From NCBI GenBank assembly GCA_046484345.1, contig JAWOJA010000088.1:8271-72270 (forward strand): DNA of 64,000 bases, read 5' to 3'. A model generated the notes under the pieces. That model saw only the letters and a list, made by a program, of their open reading frames with translations, had not been told where the DNA came from and ran no database searches. Source of the stretch: Kiritimatiellia bacterium (GTDB lineage Bacteria; Verrucomicrobiota; Kiritimatiellia; CAIKKV01). Below are positions 7,479 to 16,187 of this stretch, in pieces (position 1 is the first letter of the stretch; every line of letters begins with the position of its first letter). Position numbers and translations under genes: made by a program.

Positions 7479-9479
7479 TCACTTGACGGCGAGCAGCTCC
7501 TGAGCCACGCGCACAACGTTCTCCGGGGTGAACCCATATTTCTCGGCCAGCACCTGGTACGGGGCGGAGGCGCCGTAGTCGTCCAGTCCGATGATGGCCC
7601 CGCGGCAGCCCGTGTATTTCTGCCAGCCGGTCGTGGAGCCGGCCTCGATCGCCACGCGCTTGCGGCAGCCGTCGGGCAACACGCTCTGCTTGTAGGCGGG
7701 GTCCTGCTTCTCGAAATATTCCCAGGAGGGCATGCTTACCACGCGGACCTTGCACTGGGCGGCGAGCTGGCGGGCCGCCTCGAGGGCGAGCGACACTTCC
7801 GAGCCCGTGGCCATCAGGATCAGCTCCGGGTCGCCCGGCGCGCTGTCCCAGAGGATGTAGGCGCCCTTCTCGAGCGAATTGGCGGGCGGAAACGCCTTGC
7901 GGTCAATCACCGGCAGGTTCTGGCGGGTGAGCAGGATGGCCGTGGGGCCGTCCTTGTGCTTGAGCGCCGCGATCCAGGCCGCGCTGGTCTCGGTCGCATC
8001 GGCCGGCCGCAGAACCGTCATCCCGGGAATCAGCCGCAGGCTCATCGTCTGCTCGACGGGCTCGTGGGTGGGGCCGTCCTCGCCCACATAGAAGCTGTCG
8101 TGCGTGAACACGTAGATGACCGGCAGCTTCATGATGGCGGAGAGGCGGACCGAGGATTTGCAGTAATCGAGGAAGGAGAAGAACGTGGAGCCGAACACCC
8201 GCAACCCGCCGTGCTGCGCGAGGCCGTTCAGGAGGGCCGCCATCGCGTGCTCGCGGATGCCGAAGTGGAAGTTCACGCCCTTGAACGAGCCGGGGCCGAT
8301 GTCGCCCCCCCCGTCGATGTAGGTCTTGGTGCTGGGCGCCAGGTCGGCCGCGCCGCCCGCCAGGAACGGCAGGGCCTTGGCCAGTTTCTGCAGCACGAGC
8401 CCCGAGGCGTTGCGGGTGGCCACCGGCTTGGCCGGGTCAAACACGGGAAGCAGCTGGTCGAGGTTCGAGGGAATGCGGCCCTTCTGATAGACCTCCCACA
8501 TGCCCGCCTGTTCCGGATTCTTCTCGCGGTAAATCCGCATCAAATCCTTCCACTTGGCCAGGCGCTTCTCCATCTCCTTCGCGCGGGCGGCGAAGATGTC
8601 CCGCACCTCCGGGGAGACGAAGAAATGCTGGTCTTCAGGCAGGCCCAGCGCTTTCTTGGTGGCCGCGATCTCCTCTTCGCCCAGGGGCTCGCCGTGGCAC
8701 TTGTGGGAACCGGCCAGCTTCGGGGCGCCCTTGCCGATGGTCGAGTGGGCGATAATGAGCGTAGGCCGCTCCTTTTCGTTGCGGGCTTCCGCCAGCGTGC
8801 GGTCGATCTGGGCCAGGTCGTGCGCGTCCATCTCCAGCACGTTCCAGTGGTAGCCCTCGAAGCGCTTGCGGACATCGTCGCTATAGGCCAGCGAGGTGTT
8901 GCCCTCAATCGTGATGCGGTTGTAGTCGTAGATCAGGACCAGCTTGCTCAGACCGAGATGGCCGGCCAGCGAACAGGCTTCGTGGGAGATGCCTTCCATC
9001 ATGCAGCCGTCGCCGCAGATGACGTAGGTGCGGTGGTTGACGATCTCGCAATCCGTGGTGTTGAAGCGATCGGCCAGCATGCGCTCGCCGATTGCCATGC
9101 CGACGGCGTTGGCAATGCCCTGCCCCAGCGGGCCGGTGGTGGTTTCCACCCCCGCCGTGTGCCCGTATTCGGGATGGCCCGGGGTTTTGCTGCCCCATTG
9201 GCGGAATTTCTTCAATTCGTCGAGGGGCAGGTCGTAGCCGGCCAAGTGCAGCATGCTGTAAAGCAGCATCGAGCCGTGTCCGGCGGAAAGCACAAAGCGG
9301 TCGCGGTCCGGCCAGCTGGGATCGACCGGCGAATAGTTCAGGTGTTTGAGATAGAGCACGGCGGCGACATCGGCCATGCCCATGGGCATGCCGGGGTGAC
9401 CGGACTTGGCTTTCTGCACGCCGTCCATGGCGAGCCCACGAATAGTGTTGGCAACCTGGGTAAACTCGTTCATCGGCAT
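7479..9479 (-). CDS. tkt: Transketolase
   Basis: 666 aa with [30 protein letters not shown], the [13 protein letters not shown] ThDP motif and a full-length Tkt pattern. Confidence 0.95.
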   Translation of the reverse strand: MPMNEFTQVANTIRGLAMDGVQKAKSGHPGMPMGMADVAAVLYLKHLNYSPVDPSWPDRDRFVLSAGHGSMLLYSMLHLAGYDLPLDELKKFRQWGSKTPGHPEYGHTAGVETTTGPLGQGIANAVGMAIGERMLADRFNTTDCEIVNHRTYVICGDGCMMEGISHEACSLAGHLGLSKLVLIYDYNRITIEGNTSLAYSDDVRKRFEGYHWNVLEMDAHDLAQIDRTLAEARNEKERPTLIIAHSTIGKGAPKLAGSHKCHGEPLGEEEIAATKKALGLPEDQHFFVSPEVRDIFAARAKEMEKRLAKWKDLMRIYREKNPEQAGMWEVYQKGRIPSNLDQLLPVFDPAKPVATRNASGLVLQKLAKALPFLAGGAADLAPSTKTYIDGGGDIGPGSFKGVNFHFGIREHAMAALLNGLAQHGGLRVFGSTFFSFLDYCKSSVRLSAIMKLPVIYVFTHDSFYVGEDGPTHEPVEQTMSLRLIPGMTVLRPADATETSAAWIAALKHKDGPTAILLTRQNLPVIDRKAFPPANSLEKGAYILWDSAPGDPELILMATGSEVSLALEAARQLAAQCKVRVVSMPSWEYFEKQDPAYKQSVLPDGCRKRVAIEAGSTTGWQKYTGCRGAIIGLDDYGASAPYQVLAEKYGFTPENVVRVAQELLAVK

Positions 9480-9606
9480 CTCCTGGACTTCCTATTTAGC
9501 GTAAATGCAAGCCCAACTAGGATACGGAAAAGACGGCCCATGTCGAGCCTGATTCTTCGCCCTGACCATGGATGTGCGGGGTTTCGCGAATCGCAAAAAG
9601 TTAAGA

Positions 9607-9636
9607 TTGCGAATCCCATCGATGTTGCCTTATAAT
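9607..9636 (+). promoter_or_regulatory. Sigma70-like promoter placing the transcription start at or next to the ATG at 9643 (possible leaderless mRNA)
   Basis: TTGCGA (9607-9612), an 18-nt spacer, then TATAAT (9631-9636). Only 6 nt separate the -10 element from the ATG at 9643. A direct repeat GCGAATC...GCGAATC overlaps the -35 region. Confidence 0.35.
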
Positions 9637-9642
9637 TGTCGG

Positions 9643-10845
9643 ATGATCACGATCGCTAAAAGATTGTCAGGCCATGCCTGCATCCTTTCCCTGTTGTTGA
9701 TAGCGAACGGTTGTTCCGAGCAGAAAGGCCCCGATCTCAAGCTTCCGGAACCGCGAAAAGCGGTCCAAAAAGCGCCTGAAAAGGCCGCCGGTGCCGTTGT
9801 GCCCGCCGCTATGGAGCAGGTTGCCAAAAATAATGCCATTTTCAAGGAATATGTCCGACAATTAAAAGCCGGCGACCTGATTCAAGCCCAGGCTAATCTG
9901 GCGACCTTGAAGAGTCACCTCAAGGGCGAAAACCTGGATGATCCCTTCTGGAATGAGCGGATCCCGGCAGAATTCCGAAAAATCCTCCAGGTGGGGGCGC
10001 TCTGTTCCTCCTGTTTGGACGGTTCGTGCGCCTACTGTAAAGGAAAGGGCGACTGCCCGGCATGCCTGGGAAAAGGCCTGTGCAAAAGCTGCGAAGGCCG
10101 GGGTGGCACCCCTCGGGTCTGCACCAAATGCGTCTGTCCCACCTGCTCCGGGACCCGCCTCTGCACGGCGTGTAAAGGCCGCCGGTTCGTCACCTGCAGC
10201 ACCTGCAACGGGTCGGGAACGGGCCGTGAGGAGCGGAAATTCGAGCCTTGTCGTTCCTGCCGGGGGTTGGGCTGGAAAGAAGGCTTAAAGGCGGCCGGCG
10301 GAGTCGTAACCAAGCTCCGTTGCCTTCTTTGCGGCGGAACCAAGGGCGTCTACAACACCGTCCGCTTCCCCTGCGCGGTCTGCGACGGCGAGGGGCGGAG
10401 AAATTGCGCAAACTGCCAGGGCCTGGGCGTCTGCCCCTCCTGCAAGGGCCTGGGACGGCGCGGCGATTGCCTCATCTGCAAGGGGCGCGGCCGTTTTCTG
10501 GAGCCTTGCATCGACTGCAAGGGCACCCGGCAATGCGTGGAATGTGCGGGAACCAAGCTCTGCAAAAGATGCAAAGGCCGCCATACGTGCTCGGCCTGCG
10601 CGGCCCGCAACCTGCTCATCCGCTATAACATCCCCATCGATCAACGCTGGCTCGTCCAGCCCGAGGCAAAACTCATCCGGCTGGAAACGGAGGAGCTCTC
10701 CTATGAAACCCCCGCCGGAGCGCCCCTGACATTCCAATTCCGCGGAAGAACCCTATCCGCCGAACTGGAGGAAGGCCGCCTGCTGTGGGTTTCCGCCCCG
10801 GAGAATTTCAGGCGGATCCGCGACCTATTCACGCCGGAACCCTGA
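9643..10845 (+). CDS. Cysteine-rich putative lipoprotein with tandem DnaJ-type CxxCxGxG zinc-finger-like repeats
   Basis: From M26 of ORF 9568..10845 the protein starts MITIAKRLSGHACILSLLLIANGC, a signal peptide plus a lipobox-like ANGC. A helical segment follows, then 18 CxxC motifs, many as CxxCxGxG (e.g. CAYCKGKG, CPACLGKG, CKSCEGRG, CANCQGLG, CPSCKGLG, CLICKGRG). Confidence 0.8.
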   Translation: MITIAKRLSGHACILSLLLIANGCSEQKGPDLKLPEPRKAVQKAPEKAAGAVVPAAMEQVAKNNAIFKEYVRQLKAGDLIQAQANLATLKSHLKGENLDDPFWNERIPAEFRKILQVGALCSSCLDGSCAYCKGKGDCPACLGKGLCKSCEGRGGTPRVCTKCVCPTCSGTRLCTACKGRRFVTCSTCNGSGTGREERKFEPCRSCRGLGWKEGLKAAGGVVTKLRCLLCGGTKGVYNTVRFPCAVCDGEGRRNCANCQGLGVCPSCKGLGRRGDCLICKGRGRFLEPCIDCKGTRQCVECAGTKLCKRCKGRHTCSACAARNLLIRYNIPIDQRWLVQPEAKLIRLETEELSYETPAGAPLTFQFRGRTLSAELEEGRLLWVSAPENFRRIRDLFTPEP

Positions 10846-10848
10846 TCA

Positions 10849-12663
10849 TTAGCAGCGGCTGAGCGCCATGGCATGCGCTTCGCCATAATACCGGCCCAGC
10901 TTGCCCCAGTCGAATTGAACGGATGCGCTTTCCACCTCGTTTCGCAAGGCGATCCGCTCGCGGCGATCCAGTTTGACAAAATTCAAACAGACATTCATCA
11001 GTTCTTGGACAGCCGTTTCGTACGAATTGTGCCGGCGGTGAATCACCCGGACGCCCCGCTGCTGCAACCCGTCCATCTCGCGCTGGACATAGGTGCCGAA
11101 TCCCGCCAAATCGCTGGTTACCGCCGGCACGCCCAGCGCCATCGCCTCCAGGGGGGCATAGCCCCAAGGCTCATAATAGCTGGGAAAGAGCCCCATGTGG
11201 CAACCGCGCACAAACTGGTCGTAATCCATTCCCAGCAAAGGGGATATGGCAGATACGAAATCGGGGTGATAGACAATTTTGACCCGATCCTCCGGCCGGT
11301 TGAACAGGGAGCAGGCCCGGATCTTGTTCAGCACCTCGTCGTTCCGGTCGTCCTCGAGGTCGTGGGTCACCACCGCCGGCAACCGGGGGGTCTTCCACGC
11401 CAACAGTGTGCGACGCAGGCGCAGGCGCCAGTATTCGTCCACCAAACCATCGAGCCGGGGCCAGGTTCCTTCGGCCGACGCCGCAAACAGCCGCTCGCCC
11501 ACCTGATCCTTGATGGCTTCGCAGGTGCTGCGGATCTCCTGCAAAACCGCCTGTTTCTGCAGCACATCGGCATTGACCGAGCGGCTCGGCCGCCGCGTGA
11601 CGATGAAAAACACCACGGTAACCGTTTCGCTCAGGGCCTTGAGCCGTTCGTTGAGCCGCACCATGGCGTCCAGGGTGAGGTCGAATCCCTTGTTCACATA
11701 CTCATAGCGGCCGGAAGTGAAGAAATAGAGGGTGTGGTCCAGGTCAAAAGTGTAACTGGGGAAAAAATGGCCCATGATGAACTGGTTGATTTTATCCTTA
11801 TAGACACGGTGCAGGTTTTGGAACTCATGCACCGCGGCAAACCGCTGGATATTGAGGCCGTTCGGCAGGATCAGGTCCGGCTTCCGGCCCAGCAGATACT
11901 CGCATTCGAAGGCCGTGATGTCGCTGACCGTCGTGAAGACATGCGCCCCATGCGCCGCCGCCCGCTCGAGCAACACCTGCGGCTCCACGTTGAAGCGGCG
12001 CGCATCGGCCCGCCAGTCCACAAACGGCACGTGATCGTAAAAACCCGAGTCCTGCATGGCCAGGTACCGGCCCAGCAGCGTGGCATGGGTGGTGAAGACG
12101 ATGCCAACAGGAACCCGCTCGCGGCGCAGCTCGGGAATGGCGGAGCCGGCCATCCATTCGTGAAAATGGCCGATGAGCTTGCGCTCCCCGGCAACCGCCG
12201 CCAAGGCCCTCAAAAACTCCCCGACCAGGAAACCGAAGGCCGTGACCTGGTGCGCCAGGGGATCCGCCCCCAGCATGCCGATATGGTGGTGCTCCCACAG
12301 GAGATATTCGATCTCGCCCAGCTTCCCCATCACGCTCTGGGGGTCCAGCAACACCACGCGCGGCCGGCCCGTGACCAGCCAGATGCCGGTCTTGACCCCA
12401 AAACCGCGGGCTTGCAACGAGCGAACCGCCGCCCCCACCTCGCCGACGGCCTTGGTCTCCTCGAACTCCGCGGGGGAGGACTGCGGGTTCCACGGCCCCA
12501 CCAGGCAATACCGGGCTCCCCATTCAAGGACCATGGCGGGCGCTTTGGAGCGCAAAACAGTATAGATTCCGCCCGCCTGCTGGCACACTTCCCAGGAAAC
12601 CTCGCACAAAAGAGGGGCGCTTGTCTCCGTGTCGCCCTGTTTGATGATCGGCGCCAATTTCAT
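10849..12663 (-). CDS. GT3-family (eukaryote/Bacteroidetes-type) glycogen synthase
   Basis: 604 aa. The N-terminal LLCEVSWEVCQQAGGIYTVLRSKA matches the GT3 glycogen synthase signature (FE.SWEV.NKVGGIYTV). It is not GlgA (GT5)-like. Confidence 0.8.
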   Translation of the reverse strand: MKLAPIIKQGDTETSAPLLCEVSWEVCQQAGGIYTVLRSKAPAMVLEWGARYCLVGPWNPQSSPAEFEETKAVGEVGAAVRSLQARGFGVKTGIWLVTGRPRVVLLDPQSVMGKLGEIEYLLWEHHHIGMLGADPLAHQVTAFGFLVGEFLRALAAVAGERKLIGHFHEWMAGSAIPELRRERVPVGIVFTTHATLLGRYLAMQDSGFYDHVPFVDWRADARRFNVEPQVLLERAAAHGAHVFTTVSDITAFECEYLLGRKPDLILPNGLNIQRFAAVHEFQNLHRVYKDKINQFIMGHFFPSYTFDLDHTLYFFTSGRYEYVNKGFDLTLDAMVRLNERLKALSETVTVVFFIVTRRPSRSVNADVLQKQAVLQEIRSTCEAIKDQVGERLFAASAEGTWPRLDGLVDEYWRLRLRRTLLAWKTPRLPAVVTHDLEDDRNDEVLNKIRACSLFNRPEDRVKIVYHPDFVSAISPLLGMDYDQFVRGCHMGLFPSYYEPWGYAPLEAMALGVPAVTSDLAGFGTYVQREMDGLQQRGVRVIHRRHNSYETAVQELMNVCLNFVKLDRRERIALRNEVESASVQFDWGKLGRYYGEAHAMALSRC

Positions 12664-12748
12664 GAATCCTCCTGCTCAACCCTTTTTGACTATACACTTT
12701 TTCGTTACGTTGTGGTAAGATTAAAGTGTCAAAAGAATTAGGGGTTTC

Positions 12749-13078
12749 ATGAACGCCTCCTTGAAAAGTCCGTGTCCCGAATTCAGCCATTACATGCGCG
12801 AATTCCGGAACCGTCTCAAACATGCGCTAGACGAAAACAAATGGTACCTGAGCGAACAGGAAGGCCATGACGTCGGCGAGCAGAGCGCCACGCAGGATTT
12901 TCTACAGCGCCATTTCGACCGGTTCGCCGAGGAGATCCGCACCCGCTTCTGCGAGCACCAGTGCGCCCGGCAAAAAGAGTGCCCCCTTTCCCTCTTTATC
13001 CGCTCCCTCCCGCCCAGCGCCAAGGCGTTGGAAGTGCACAAATCCCGCAAGAAATCCGATACCCCAGCCCCCTGTTGA
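12749..13078 (+). CDS. Hypothetical protein (109 aa)
   Basis: ATG-initiated ORF in an otherwise gene-free gap, divergent from the glycogen synthase gene. The sequence is not low-complexity (KWYLSEQEGHDVGEQSATQDFLQRHFDRFAEEIR). I cannot name a family with confidence. Confidence 0.5.
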   Translation: MNASLKSPCPEFSHYMREFRNRLKHALDENKWYLSEQEGHDVGEQSATQDFLQRHFDRFAEEIRTRFCEHQCARQKECPLSLFIRSLPPSAKALEVHKSRKKSDTPAPC

Positions 13079-13087
13079 CGGAGTCCC

Positions 13088-13555
13088 ATGCGCCACGGCA
13101 TCCTGTCTGTTTTCTGCGCCTTCCTCTTTTCGCTCGCTTCCGCCCGCGCCGCCGACCGGGGCGTCTGGGTGGGCGGCATGCTCGGCGAGCCCACCGGCGC
13201 CACGCTCAAGCTCTGGATCGACCAGGACGAAGCCTGGTCCTTCGGGCTGGGCTTCAACCCGTTCGGGGAAAATTCGTTCCAGCTTCATGCCGACTACCTG
13301 CTGCACAATTTCGAGCTCGGCAACAAACTCAACGTTCCCTCACTGGCCTGGTACGCCGGCCTCGGCGCCCGCTTCAACGGCCCCGACGAGACGGACAGCT
13401 TCGAGCCGGGCATTCGCTTCCCCGCCGGCCTGACCTATTTCCTGGAATCCCGGAACATGGAGCTGTTCGCCGAATTCGCGCCCGTGCTCGATCTGTCGCC
13501 CGATATCGAAATCGACATCAACTGCGTCGCCGGCGTCCGCTACTTCGGCTGGTAG
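13088..13555 (+). CDS. Small secreted beta-barrel-like outer-membrane protein
   Basis: Signal peptide MRHGILSVFCAFLFSLASARA-AD, alternating beta-strand pattern and a C-terminal aromatic end ...GVRYFGW typical of OMPs. Confidence 0.6.
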   Translation: MRHGILSVFCAFLFSLASARAADRGVWVGGMLGEPTGATLKLWIDQDEAWSFGLGFNPFGENSFQLHADYLLHNFELGNKLNVPSLAWYAGLGARFNGPDETDSFEPGIRFPAGLTYFLESRNMELFAEFAPVLDLSPDIEIDINCVAGVRYFGW

Positions 13556-13637
13556 TTCATCTGGGCGTTGAACCGCGCGCGGTCGGTCATCGCCCCCTTC
13601 CGATTGGGTCGGCACGACACAATCGTTTTCTCGCTCG

Positions 13638-14855
13638 CTATTTGTTCCTCTTTTTAAATCGAACCGGTACAGCTTTCAGCCGGCCAATCTTCGGCAGGGG
13701 TCCGGCCAGAGGCCGCGCATAATCGAGAAAAGCGGCGGTGACATCGTTGCCCGCCTTACTGATAAAAGCATCCGGCATGCGCCGGGTCTCTTTCGCCACG
13801 CTCGCCAGCGGCAGGCGGGCGAACGTCACCCCATAGGCCCGGCCGGGCTTGCGACGGATCGCCACCGTGCCGTTCGGCTCCGCCGAAAACGCCAGCCGCA
13901 CCGCCGCCGCGCCCGCCCGGCGCGCCTCGCGGGCGTCCACCGCCGAAACGACCCCCGGAAACGAGCGTTGCAGGTAGCCGAAAGTGTCGGCCCGCACCCG
14001 GGTGATCGCCGTGCGCGCCTTCAGCTCGCCGGCCAGCAGGTCGCCCAGCGCGCCCGTGCCGCCGAGCTGCGCGTTGCCGTGGGAGTCGACCTCCTTCGAA
14101 AACCGGGCCGCGATCAGTGTCCCCTTTTCATCGACAATGCCTTCGGAAACGGCCACGACGCAGTAGCCCAGTTTCTTGTGCACCGCCTCCACGTCCGCGG
14201 CAAACCGGTCGAAAGAAAAAGGCCGCTCCGGCAGGTAAATCAGGTGCGGCCCGTCGTCCGGCCGCGTCCGCGCCAGGGCCGAGGCGGCCGTGAGGAACCC
14301 CGCATTCCGCCCCATGATGACGTCGATCTTCACGCCCGGCATCGCGCGGCAGTCCAGCGTGTCGCCCATGACGGCCGAGGCCACAAACCGGGCGGCGCTG
14401 CCGAACCCGGGGGTGTGGTCGTTTCCCCGCAGGTCGTTGTCGATGGTCTTCGGTATGTGGTAGCACGCCATCTCGTAGCCGACCTTGGCGGCGCTCTCGT
14501 TGATCAGGTGGGCGGACTCGGCGCTGTCGTTGCCGCCGATGTAGAAAAAGAAGCGGATGTCGTAGCGCCGCAGGATCTCGAACACGCGGGCGCATTCCTC
14601 GGGCGTCGGTTTTTTCCGCGCGGAACCCAGCGCGGCCGCCGGGGTGGCGGCCACCGCTTCAAGGTTCGCTTCCGATTCCCGGCGCAGATCGATGAACGCC
14701 TCCTCCAGGATGCCCTTCATGCCGTGGGCGGCGCCGTAAATGCCCCGGATGGCCTTGTGTTTCTTCGCCTCCAGCACGGCCCCGACCAGGCTCTGGTTGA
14801 TCACCACGGTCGGGCCGCCGCTTTGGCCGATCAGCATGTTTCCCCGCAAAGCCAT
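13638..14855 (-). CDS. Phosphofructokinase-family protein (divergent, GGND variant)
   Basis: 405 aa with LIGQSGGPTVVINQS, YIGGNDSAESA and HIPKTIDNDL. The Lys in PKTIDND is the PPi-type signature, but the GGD(G/D) position reads GGND. Confidence 0.9.
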   Translation of the reverse strand: MALRGNMLIGQSGGPTVVINQSLVGAVLEAKKHKAIRGIYGAAHGMKGILEEAFIDLRRESEANLEAVAATPAAALGSARKKPTPEECARVFEILRRYDIRFFFYIGGNDSAESAHLINESAAKVGYEMACYHIPKTIDNDLRGNDHTPGFGSAARFVASAVMGDTLDCRAMPGVKIDVIMGRNAGFLTAASALARTRPDDGPHLIYLPERPFSFDRFAADVEAVHKKLGYCVVAVSEGIVDEKGTLIAARFSKEVDSHGNAQLGGTGALGDLLAGELKARTAITRVRADTFGYLQRSFPGVVSAVDAREARRAGAAAVRLAFSAEPNGTVAIRRKPGRAYGVTFARLPLASVAKETRRMPDAFISKAGNDVTAAFLDYARPLAGPLPKIGRLKAVPVRFKKRNK

Positions 14856-14869
14856 GGCCGCGCCTTTCT

Positions 14870-16099
14870 TTAGTGTTTTACGTCTAGCTTGCCGCCCTTG
14901 GGCTGACCGATCGCCTGCAGCAGCTCGGCGAACCAGGGCTGCTCGATGTCAAAGGGCTTGCCGCCCTTGATGCGGGGAAATTCGATGGCCCGCAGCTTTC
15001 CGTTGCGGTCCTCATCCTCGCCCACCACGCCGCCCTTGCCCTTGAGGGCGCAGGCCACCGCCTTGTTGGCGCACTGGCGGATCAGCTTGCGGTCGGCCGC
15101 ATTGGGCGGGGCCGCGCGGCTGAAATAGCCGCTCTTCTGGACCAGCGTCTTCTCGGCGCCCAGCATGTCGCCGAACTGCTTGCCGAACCAGGCGCCCACG
15201 TTGACCTTGTCCAGCTTGGCGTGGCCGAAGGCGTCCCGCGGCACTTCCTCGCCGCGCGATTCGAGCTCCCGGATGATCGCCTCGAGGCAGGCGCCCTCGG
15301 AAACGAAAATGTTCACGCAATCGTTCCGGTCCATCACCTGGCGCAGGCGCGCGGCCTCGCCCTGCAGGTCCACGGCCATCTCGGGCACATACACGGCATG
15401 CACCTCGCGCTGGCCGCGCCCGAGGCCCAGGTCCGGCAGGAAGGTCATCCCGTCGAGCAGCTTGCGGTATTCCGCGGCCGTCGCGGCGGTCAGCCAGCCG
15501 CAGTTGCGGCCCATGACCTCGTGCACGATCAACATGCGCGGGTTGGCGCTGTGCTCGGCCGCCACGTTGGCGAAAAAACGCGCGCCTTGTTCGGCCGCCG
15601 TCCAGGCTCCCAGGCTCTGGCGGATGGGGTAGACGTCGTTGTCCACCGTCTTGGGCAGGCCGACCACCGTGAGCTTGTACTGGTTTTTCGCCAGGAAGGC
15701 GGCCAGCTCCGCGGCCGCCGTGTTGGTGTCGTCCCCGCCAATCGTGTGCAGCACGTCCACGCCGTCGCGCGTCAGCTGGTCGGCCGCCACCTGCTGCGGA
15801 TCCTGCCCCTCTTTCACCAGTCCGCGCTTCAGGCAGTCCTTGACGTTGGTCAGCTTCACGCGGCTGTTGCCGATGGCGCTGCCGCCGAATTCGGCCAGCT
15901 TCAGCGCGTCGCGCCGCACGTCCGGGGTCACCGGCCGGCTGTCGCCCTTCAGAAGGCCCATGTACCCATTTATATAACAGATGATCTCCACCTCGGGCGC
16001 CGCCTTGGTGTAGCGGTCGATGAGATAACCGATGGCGGAGCTGAGGCAGGGGGCGAGGCCGCCCGCCGTTAAAATGCCGACTTTCTTGATCGATGTCAT
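14870..16099 (-). CDS. pfp: Pyrophosphate-dependent phosphofructokinase (diphosphate-fructose-6-phosphate 1-phosphotransferase)
   Basis: 409 aa with GILTAGGLAPCLSSAI, TIGGDDTNTAA (Asp, PPi-type) and GLPKTVDNDV (Lys, PPi-type). Confidence 0.85.
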   Translation of the reverse strand: MTSIKKVGILTAGGLAPCLSSAIGYLIDRYTKAAPEVEIICYINGYMGLLKGDSRPVTPDVRRDALKLAEFGGSAIGNSRVKLTNVKDCLKRGLVKEGQDPQQVAADQLTRDGVDVLHTIGGDDTNTAAAELAAFLAKNQYKLTVVGLPKTVDNDVYPIRQSLGAWTAAEQGARFFANVAAEHSANPRMLIVHEVMGRNCGWLTAATAAEYRKLLDGMTFLPDLGLGRGQREVHAVYVPEMAVDLQGEAARLRQVMDRNDCVNIFVSEGACLEAIIRELESRGEEVPRDAFGHAKLDKVNVGAWFGKQFGDMLGAEKTLVQKSGYFSRAAPPNAADRKLIRQCANKAVACALKGKGGVVGEDEDRNGKLRAIEFPRIKGGKPFDIEQPWFAELLQAIGQPKGGKLDVKH

Positions 16100-16187
16100 A
16101 CGAACCCTTCCTTTTTAAAAAATCAATGTGTCATCTTATTCAAACGCCGCCAAGACTCAAGCATAAGTCCACGTCGGCGGCCGCGCC

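Noticed and set aside
6357-9635. 1092-aa + strand ORF spanning murA and tkt
   Set aside because: It is antisense to two unambiguous housekeeping genes. The translation is an Arg/Ala/Gly/His-rich low-complexity product typical of stop-poor antisense frames in high-GC DNA, and no motifs are present.
10873-12741. 622-aa + strand ORF
   Set aside because: It is antisense to the GT3 glycogen synthase gene.
13556-13637. Intrinsic terminator between the convergent genes at 13555 and 13638
   Set aside because: Only a short GC palindrome (ACCGCGCGCGGT) without a loop or U-tract is present. It is not a credible hairpin terminator.
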